A stretch of 47,341 nt of DNA from Bacillota bacterium (GTDB lineage Bacteria; Bacillota; Clostridia; Lachnospirales; WQUN01): assembly GCA_009778185.1 (NCBI GenBank), contig WRKG01000296.1, forward strand, positions 1 through 47,341. Reading direction: 5' to 3'. Of this stretch, positions 41,323-47,341 are shown piece by piece. Position numbers and translations under genes: made by a program. The notes under the pieces were generated by a model that was not told the DNA's origin, did no database searches, and saw only the letters and a program-made list of their open reading frames with translations. Within the stretch, counting starts at the first letter, position 1, and each line of letters starts with the position of its first letter.

Positions 41323-42789
41323 ATGAAATTACCTTTAATTATGCAGGACATAGAATACGAAATACTAAAAGACTGCAACTTTAACGAAGTATCCGTTGCC
41401 GATATTGTTATTGACTCGCGTAAAGTTACGCAAAATAGCTTGTTTGTCTGCTTGCGTGGCTCGCAATCCGATGGACACGACTTTATTTTTGAGGTAGCCC
41501 AAAAAGGCGCAGCCGCCATTATAGTTGATAAATTGGAAGCCAACTATTCATCAATTCCGCAAAATTTGCCCATTATAAAAGTAAATAATGCTCGCCGTGC
41601 TTTGTGCGTTATTTCTGCCAATTTTTATAGCCGCCCTGCAAAAAAGTTGCGTCTTTTTGGCGTAACAGGCACAAACGGCAAAACTTCCGTTACTTATATG
41701 ATTGAAAATATTTTGCGGCAAATATCTAATACAGGACTTATTGGCACAATCGGCTTGCATTTTAACGGCGAGCCTGTAAATATCCCGTTTGCAACCTCTA
41801 CAACGCCCGATCCACAAGAACTTCACCAAATTTTAGATTATATCTTGCAAAATGGTGGACAAAATGTTATCATGGAAGTGTCTTCTCATGCCCTAAAATT
41901 GCACAAAGTTGACGGACTTTTTTTTGAAACCGCCATTTTTACCAACTTAACACAAGATCACCTGGATTTTCACAGGACAATGGACAATTATTTGGCTTGT
42001 AAAGTTCGCTTGTTTACTCGTGCAAAAAATGGCATAATTAACGTTGACGATAAATATTCCCAGCAAATAATCGATTTAGGCACTTGCGAAAACTGGATTA
42101 CTTACGGCATCGATAATGATTGTGATATTAAAGCCGTTGACATTAAAAATTTAGACGAAGGTTCGGCGTTTTCCATTGCAATAAACGGCACTTTAGAGCA
42201 GTTTTTTATTCCAACCAAAGGATTATTCAACATTTATAATGCTCTTGCTGCCATTGCAACTGCACTTTCGGTTGACGTAAGTTTATCTCAAATAAAAGCG
42301 GGAATTTCCTCGTTTGCTGGCGTTCCTGGACGTATTCAAATTGTGCCGAACAACAAAGGATTGCGAGTTTTAGTAGATTATGCTCACAGCCCAGACGGAT
42401 TAGTCAACATAATTAACGCTGTTCGCAACTTTACCGAGGGAAAATTGATTACTCTTTTTGGTTGCGGCGGCGAACGAGATACCGAAAAACGCCCAATTAT
42501 GGGACGTATCGCTGGCGAACTTTCCGACCATTGCATAATAACGTCTGACAATCCTCGGTCCGAATCGCCCGAAACCATAATTGCACAAATACAAGACGGC
42601 ATAAAAGAAACATCTTGCACATTCGACTCTTTTGTTGACAGAAAAACAGCTATATCTCATGGTATTTCGATAATGCAACCTGGCGATTCGCTGATTATTG
42701 CGGGCAAAGGGCATGAAAATTACCAGCTAATCGGAAAAAATACTTTTCCCTTTGACGATTTCGAAATTGCCAAAAGTATTTTAGATTAA
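41323..42789 (+). CDS. murE: UDP-N-acetylmuramoyl-L-alanyl-D-glutamate--2,6-diaminopimelate ligase
   Basis: GVTGTNGKTS. DNPR motif (ITSDNPRSE) typical of DAP-adding MurE. Confidence 0.95.
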   Translation: MKLPLIMQDIEYEILKDCNFNEVSVADIVIDSRKVTQNSLFVCLRGSQSDGHDFIFEVAQKGAAAIIVDKLEANYSSIPQNLPIIKVNNARRALCVISANFYSRPAKKLRLFGVTGTNGKTSVTYMIENILRQISNTGLIGTIGLHFNGEPVNIPFATSTTPDPQELHQILDYILQNGGQNVIMEVSSHALKLHKVDGLFFETAIFTNLTQDHLDFHRTMDNYLACKVRLFTRAKNGIINVDDKYSQQIIDLGTCENWITYGIDNDCDIKAVDIKNLDEGSAFSIAINGTLEQFFIPTKGLFNIYNALAAIATALSVDVSLSQIKAGISSFAGVPGRIQIVPNNKGLRVLVDYAHSPDGLVNIINAVRNFTEGKLITLFGCGGERDTEKRPIMGRIAGELSDHCIITSDNPRSESPETIIAQIQDGIKETSCTFDSFVDRKTAISHGISIMQPGDSLIIAGKGHENYQLIGKNTFPFDDFEIAKSILD

Positions 42790-42819
42790 AACCTTGTTTT
42801 TATTATGGAGGACTATAAA

Positions 42820-44253
42820 TTGAATCTAACAGTTAAAGAAATTTGTAATGCAACAATGGGCAAACTGCACAATGTTGATTACGGCGATCCTATTAAAGGA
42901 GTATCCATAGATAGCCGTGAAATACCCAAAAATTGCCTTTTTGTGCCAATAATAGGCGAAAATTTTGACGGGCATAACTTTATTTTGGAAGCCGTCGCAA
43001 AAGGCGCAATTTGTGCTTTGTACGAACACGATTTCGCCGAGATGAATAATTTAACCGTTCCTTTAATAAAAGTGGCATCTTGTCGGCGTGCTTTAATCGA
43101 TTTGGCGATTCTTATGCGAAGCCAGTTTAATGGCGAAGTTATAGCAATAACTGGCAGTGCAGGCAAAACCACTACAAAAGATATGACCGCCTCAATATTA
43201 TCCAAAAAATACGAAACGCTAAAAACCAAAGGCAATTTCAACAACGACATTGGTTTACCGTTGACTTTGCTAAATTTACAGCCCCAAAATAACGCTCTTG
43301 TGCTAGAAATGGGAATGAATCACCCTGGCGAAATTTCTTTGCTTAGCAATATATCCCTGCCGAAAGTTTGCATTATCACAAATATTGGCGATGCTCACAT
43401 AGAAAATTTTGGCAACCGCAGCGGAATATTAAAGGCAAAAGCCGAAATTTTTCAAGGTATTCAACAAGAAGGCACTGCTATATTAAATGGCGATGATCCC
43501 CTATTAGCGGGACTTTCCACGGTTGCCAATATGTCTAATATTGCACTTACGGTTTATGCCCACATAAAAAACGATAGTTCTAAAATATCTTCTAGCAAAA
43601 AAAACGTTATTTTTGCTGAAGTTATCAACCGCAACGGCTTTATGGGAACGGTTTGCAATATTCATTGGAACATTTACGGCATTGGCGAGGGACAAACCGA
43701 GGCGTTGATTCCTTTGCCTGGCGACCACATGATAATGAACGCACTTTTGGCATTTGCAACAGGATTAGTTTTGCAAGTTGATGTTGACAGCATTGTCGAT
43801 GGAATAAAATCGTTTCAGCCATCGGGCTATCGAATGGCAATGTCCACCATAAACGGCGTAACTATTGTCAACGACACATATAATGCAAGCACGTTATCCA
43901 TGAAAGCTACAATAGATATGATGAACGTTGCAGAAGGTCGCAAAGTGTGCATTTTTGGCGATATGTTCGAGTTGGGCGATTATGCAAAAAATTTACACAG
44001 CGAAATTGGACGTTACGCCAGCGAAAAAATCGATTTAATGCTAACGGTAGGCACATTGTCCAAGCATATTCACGATTCTTTTATTGCGGAAGGTCAAACA
44101 AACGCCGTGCATTTTGACACAAAAGAGGATTTTTTACAGCACTGGGAAGAGCATATAAAATTTGGAGATACCGTTCTAATAAAGGCATCTCGCGGAATGA
44201 CGCTAGAAACCATCGTAGCTACAATGATAGAGCAATTACATAAATCAGAATAG
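42820..44253 (+). CDS. murF: UDP-N-acetylmuramoyl-tripeptide--D-alanyl-D-alanine ligase
   Basis: ITGSAGKTTTKDM. TTG 42820 is preferred (GGAGGA RBS at 42807-42812) over ATG 42805. Confidence 0.9.
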   Translation: MNLTVKEICNATMGKLHNVDYGDPIKGVSIDSREIPKNCLFVPIIGENFDGHNFILEAVAKGAICALYEHDFAEMNNLTVPLIKVASCRRALIDLAILMRSQFNGEVIAITGSAGKTTTKDMTASILSKKYETLKTKGNFNNDIGLPLTLLNLQPQNNALVLEMGMNHPGEISLLSNISLPKVCIITNIGDAHIENFGNRSGILKAKAEIFQGIQQEGTAILNGDDPLLAGLSTVANMSNIALTVYAHIKNDSSKISSSKKNVIFAEVINRNGFMGTVCNIHWNIYGIGEGQTEALIPLPGDHMIMNALLAFATGLVLQVDVDSIVDGIKSFQPSGYRMAMSTINGVTIVNDTYNASTLSMKATIDMMNVAEGRKVCIFGDMFELGDYAKNLHSEIGRYASEKIDLMLTVGTLSKHIHDSFIAEGQTNAVHFDTKEDFLQHWEEHIKFGDTVLIKASRGMTLETIVATMIEQLHKSE

Positions 44254-44264
44254 GAGCAAAAACC

Positions 44265-45245
44265 ATGGAATATTCACTTAGTCCCGCAATATACGCTTTA
44301 TTTATAGCGTTTATAACAAGTGCAATACTTTGTCCCGTTTTAATACCGTATTTAACAAGGCTCAAATTTGGGCAATATGTACGCAGCGACGGCGTAAAAG
44401 AGCATTTGCGAAAAGCTGGCACGCCCACAATGGGCGGAATTGTAATATTATTAAGTTTAATACCAGTGTCGTTATTTTTTCTGCACGGCAACCGTGAGGG
44501 CGTGGCTTTGGTATTAGCAACTGTTGGCTTTGGTTTAATCGGCTTTGTGGACGATTTTATTAGTATAAAAAAGCATCGTTCACTCGGCTTGCGAGCCTAT
44601 CAAAAATTTACTGCTCAAACTTTGGTGGCGGTTGCCTTTGCAACGTATTGCTACTTTTTGCCAGAGTTTTCCACGCATATAATAATGCCGTTTGCACCGC
44701 ATATTTCGGGAAATATTGGCGTTGCGTTTATTCCATTGGCAACTTTGGTTATGTTGGGAGCAGTAAATGGCGCAAATTTTACCGACGGTTTGGACGGATT
44801 AGAGGCGGGCGTAACAATTCCTATGGCAGCTTTTTTTATGTTTGTGGCTTGGTCGTTAAACAGCCCAATTTTACCGATAACAGGTGCGGTAATTGGCAGT
44901 TTAATGGGATTTCTACTTTTTAATTGTTATCCCGCAAGAGTTTTTATGGGAGATACTGGCTCGCTTGCATTGGGCGGATTTGTCGCTGGTTCGGCTATTT
45001 TGTTGGGTGTTCCATTGTGGCTAGGAATAGTCGCATTTATTTACGTTATCGAGGTTTTGTCTGTGATAATTCAGGTGCTGTATTTTAAGGCAACAGGAGG
45101 AAAACGCTTTTTTAAGATGGCTCCCATTCACCATAGTTTTGAGCTTTCTGGTTGGCCCGAAAATCGTGTAGTTGCGTTGTTTTGCACAGTAACAATATTG
45201 CTCTCGTTACTGGGATATTTGGCGTTTAATCCTTTGATTATGTAA
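44265..45245 (+). CDS. mraY: Phospho-N-acetylmuramoyl-pentapeptide-transferase
   Basis: GTPTMGG, NGANFTDGLDGL, MGDTGSLALGG. Confidence 0.95.
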   Translation: MEYSLSPAIYALFIAFITSAILCPVLIPYLTRLKFGQYVRSDGVKEHLRKAGTPTMGGIVILLSLIPVSLFFLHGNREGVALVLATVGFGLIGFVDDFISIKKHRSLGLRAYQKFTAQTLVAVAFATYCYFLPEFSTHIIMPFAPHISGNIGVAFIPLATLVMLGAVNGANFTDGLDGLEAGVTIPMAAFFMFVAWSLNSPILPITGAVIGSLMGFLLFNCYPARVFMGDTGSLALGGFVAGSAILLGVPLWLGIVAFIYVIEVLSVIIQVLYFKATGGKRFFKMAPIHHSFELSGWPENRVVALFCTVTILLSLLGYLAFNPLIM

Positions 45246-45299
45246 TTGTTGTTGCGTGCAAAATGTGCGGTTGACAATTTTGTTGGAGGATTATCTCTG

Positions 45300-45563
45300 C
45301 TAATTGTAGGGGCGGATAATATCCGCCCGTTTTTCCCTACAGCTGCAATTTTTCAACCGCTGTTTCGCATTATAATAAAATAAAAAAATCCAAAACGGCT
45401 CGGTTTTGTGCCATGTTTTGGATTTTTTTCGGTTGTATAATTTGGAATTTGGCTTTTTGCGTGTTATCGGGTTTATATCCCAGCTATTACGGGCGGCTTT
45501 GTAATGCTCTTTTTGGCATTTTTTGGATTGCTTTTCGATTGGTACAAATTTTTTGTTTTGCAT
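45300..45563 (-). CDS. Small basic hypothetical protein; C-terminus reads through a REP
   Basis: Only the N-terminal about 50 aa (MQNKKFVPIEKQSKKCQKEHYKAARNSWDINPITRKKPNSKLYNRKKSK) look protein-like. The last residues (ADIIRPYN) are REP translation. Confidence 0.3.
   Translation of the reverse strand: MQNKKFVPIEKQSKKCQKEHYKAARNSWDINPITRKKPNSKLYNRKKSKTWHKTEPFWIFLFYYNAKQRLKNCSCREKRADIIRPYN
45306..45330 (+). repeat. REP-like hairpin, likely acting as the mraY terminator
   Basis: GTAGGGGCGGATAATATCCGCCCGT followed by TTTTT. Confidence 0.75.
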
Positions 45564-45602
45564 AATATTCTCCTAGCGTTTCGTTAAAATTGGTTACACA
45601 AA

Positions 45603-45631
45603 AAATTTAGCACAAAATATTGGAAATGTCA
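45603..45631 (-). promoter_or_regulatory. Promoter TTGACA-17-TAAATT
   Basis: Part of the shared 16-mer ATGTCAAGAAAAATTT (45625-45640). Confidence 0.45.
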
Positions 45632-45661
45632 AGAAAAATTTTTACAATATTTTGATAATTT

Positions 45662-45697
45662 AGAAAAACAAAAGCCATGAAATAAATTCATGGCCTT
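45662..45697 (-). terminator. Intrinsic terminator (minus strand)
   Basis: GCCATGAA-tttat-TTCATGGC followed by TTTTGTTTTTC on the minus strand. Confidence 0.65.
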
Positions 45698-45756
45698 CGG
45701 AAAGAAATAGAGGTAGATGAAAACGAACCAACAAACAAAAGCTGGAGTTACATCAC
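45662..45756 (-). ncRNA. Candidate about 95-nt sRNA (orphan promoter-terminator unit)
   Basis: Promoter TTGACA-17-CATAAT at 45763-45791 and terminator at 45662-45697. No minus-strand ORF. UC-rich stretch CUACCUCUAUUUCUUUCC. Confidence 0.35.
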
Positions 45757-45762
45757 TATTCT

Positions 45763-45791
45763 ATTATGAACCAAGTTATTAAAAATGTCAA
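45763..45791 (-). promoter_or_regulatory. Promoter TTGACA-17-CATAAT
   Basis: -35 at 45786-45791 and -10 at 45763-45768. Shared 16-mer at 45785-45800. Confidence 0.45.
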
Positions 45792-45909
45792 GAAAAATTT
45801 TTTATTTTTAGAAAAAATTTTTTGGCAAGATGCAAAATAAAATGTGAATATAATCGAACAAATTAAAAATAAATTTATGCGGATTAAAAACAAATTTATG
45901 TTGAAGAAA

Positions 45910-45934
45910 ACGGGCGGATATTATCCGCCCCTAC
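45910..45934 (-). repeat. REP-like hairpin
   Basis: ACGGGCGGATATTATCCGCCCCTAC. Confidence 0.8.
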
Positions 45935-46102
45935 GAAACATCTAAAATTTTAATATATTATTGGATAATATCACGGATAATGAATAAGCCGAGGATATTG
46001 TAGGGGCAATCGTCTCGATCGCCCCTACGAAACATCTAAAATTTTAGTATATGATTGGACAATATCACGGATAATCGAACGAGTCGATAATATTTGTAGG
46101 GG
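45928..46102. repeat. Two tandem about 95-nt composite units (CCCCTAC - about 66-nt conserved segment - GTAGGGG)
   Basis: 45928-46006 and 46022-46102 align along their length (CGAAACATCTAAAATTTTA.TATAT.ATTGGA.AATATCACGGATAAT...). Confidence 0.7.
46000..46028. repeat. REP variant with a different, self-complementary stem (GTAGGGGCAATCGTCTCGATCGCCCCTAC)
   Basis: GTAG and CTAC on both sides; 9 of 10 stem pairs. Confidence 0.7.
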
Positions 46103-46120
46103 CGGATATTATCCGCCCGC
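46096..46120 (+). repeat. REP-like hairpin
   Basis: GTAGGGGCGGATATTATCCGCCCGC. Confidence 0.8.
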
Positions 46121-46216
46121 ATTTTTTGCCTGTCCGCACCAGGCGGGTTAAGTTGATTTAACACATTATAAATTAAACGGCTATTGACATTTTTCAACAA
46201 AACAAATTCAAACAAA

Positions 46217-46238
46217 TAAAAAAAGGGCATAAAAGCCC
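46217..46238 (-). terminator. Intrinsic terminator of the tRNA operon
   Basis: GGGC-ttttat-GCCC followed by TTTTTTTATTT on the minus strand. Confidence 0.6.
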
Positions 46239-46291
46239 AAGAAAAACAGAAAGAATAATAAAACAATGAAAGAGTAAAATGAAAAACAACG

Positions 46292-46363
46292 AGCCGACGA
46301 CCGGACTTGAACCGGTAACCTGCTGATTACAAGTCAGCTGCTCTACCATTGAGCCACGTCGGC
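46292..46363 (-). tRNA. tRNA-Thr (anticodon UGU)
   Basis: Hand-folded cloverleaf: acceptor GCCGACG/CGTCGGC, anticodon arm GCTGA-CTTGTAA-TCAGC, T arm ACCGG-TTCAAGT-CCGGT. 72 nt, no encoded CCA. Confidence 0.9.
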
Positions 46364-46393
46364 ATTATTTTTACGAAAGTTGTCAACTTTATA

Positions 46394-46465
46394 TGACCCG
46401 TATGGGAATCGAACCCATCTCTCAGCCGTGAAAGGGCCGTGTCTTAGCCGCTTGACCAACGGGCC
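46394..46465 (-). tRNA. tRNA-Glu (anticodon UUC)
   Basis: GGCCCGTTGGTCAAGCGGCTAAGACACGGCCCTTTCACGGCTGAGAGATGGGTTCGATTCCCATACGGGTCA. Anticodon loop CTTTCAC. Confidence 0.9.
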
Positions 46466-46516
46466 AAATTAACAAACTTTCAACTTACTTATAAAAACTA
46501 TAAAAATCATAAAATT

Positions 46517-46666
46517 TTACGCACCGCACCACTTGCAAACTGCTTTTTTATTTTCGTCAACCGTTTTTTCCCAAAGTAATTTTACTCCAGTGCGGTTACA
46601 TACAGGGCAGGTACCTTTCCAAGTAGCCGTATTTTTTACAGCACGACCTCTTTTTGGTTTTGGCAT
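46517..46666 (-). CDS. 49-aa zinc-ribbon protein (CxxC...CxxC), absent from the ORF track
   Basis: Own translation gives MPKPKRGRAVKNTATWKGTCPVCNRTGVKLLWEKTVDENKKAVCKWCGA. AGGAAG RBS, own promoter. Confidence 0.5.
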   Translation of the reverse strand: MPKPKRGRAVKNTATWKGTCPVCNRTGVKLLWEKTVDENKKAVCKWCGA

Positions 46667-46752
46667 AATTTCACTTCCTATCTAATATACAGCGAAGAAA
46701 AAATTTTTAGTTGATATTTGTTGCAAAAGTTCGTAAGCAACACTACTTTTTA

Positions 46753-46781
46753 AGTATATCAGCAAGTTCTGAATATGTCAA
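46753..46781 (-). promoter_or_regulatory. Promoter TTGACA-17-TATACT
   Basis: -35 at 46776-46781 and -10 at 46753-46758. Shared 16-mer at 46775-46790. Confidence 0.5.
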
Positions 46782-46885
46782 GAAAAATTTGAAAAAAATT
46801 TGAAAAAATTTTCAACAAAATTTTCCTGTATTTTAGGGCATTTTATAAGAAATTGCCAAATTGCAAAAATAAAAATAAAAAACAC

Positions 46886-46914
46886 TTGCAAAATTTTCAA
46901 ACATATAGTAAAAT
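46886..46914 (+). promoter_or_regulatory. Promoter TTGCAA-17-TAAAAT upstream of PFOR
   Basis: -35 at 46886-46891 and -10 at 46909-46914. Confidence 0.45.
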
Positions 46915-46995
46915 AATTTAGTAAAGTTATATATGGAGTAAGCCTGTTCGGTTGACACCCAACTGACCGCTTACAACCAGGAAGGAGCTTGTTGA

Positions 46996-47341
<346 letters not shown>

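Noticed and set aside
45717-45782. Plus-strand 21-codon sORF (MKTNQQTKAGVTSLFYYEPSY) with a GAGG just upstream.
   Set aside because: The SD-to-ATG spacing is only about 3 nt and I found no plus-strand promoter. Both the promoter and the terminator in this segment are oriented for the minus strand. The peptide is not hydrophobic, so it is not a type I toxin. I kept it as the alternative to the sRNA call.
45910-46120. CRISPR-like appearance: three GC-rich palindromic repeats spaced about 90 nt apart.
   Set aside because: The 'spacers' are homologous to each other while the 'repeats' differ. There are only three units and no cas genes. The repeats belong to the dispersed GTAG-type REP family, so this is a tandem composite repeat, not a CRISPR array.

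Overview
This is a 47.3-kb chromosomal segment of a low-GC, Firmicutes/Clostridia-like bacterium. That assignment is inferred from GGAGG-type RBSs, rnhB-ylqG-ylqH-yraN synteny, PFOR and AsnA. No searches were run; all family calls rest on motifs read in the ORF track or in my own translations. Left ~22 kb: a glucuronoxylan/xylo-oligosaccharide utilisation locus. It holds a GH3 5' fragment, an intracellular GH10, GH67 alpha-glucuronidase and two binding-protein-dependent sugar ABC importers with no ATPase or regulator in the window. Accessory secreted/lipoprotein genes, an S1 protease gene and a giant tandem-FtsX (MacB-type) ABC exporter interrupt it. Middle: housekeeping genes (SAM methyltransferase, wecB, metallophosphoesterase, GNAT, yraN, FlhB-C-like, rnhB, asnA), then a flavodoxin-like/SCP2 fusion with a Q/N-rich linker and an M1-peptidase-like lipoprotein with a degenerate zinc site. 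Right: murG, a two-gene insert, murE, murF, mraY, a REP-rich spacer, tRNA-Thr and tRNA-Glu, a small zinc-ribbon ORF and the 5' end of PFOR. Most noteworthy: (1) a split, order-permuted minimal HipA-family kinase module wedged between murG and murE; (2) a 1.1-kb two-paralog cassette bounded by a perfect 90-bp direct repeat that duplicates a promoter and the murG 5' end; (3) an AT-rich two-gene module with a retropepsin-like aspartic protease; (4) a secreted-protein gene bracketed by a perfect 17-bp inverted repeat that starts at its predicted TSS; (5) a GTAG-type REP/BIME-like hairpin family with decaying tandem tails, plus a second GC-rich repeat family inside ABC operons; (6) a recurring pattern of insertions flanked by long (18-90 bp) duplications of the target. 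No transposase, integrase, CRISPR or rRNA was seen.
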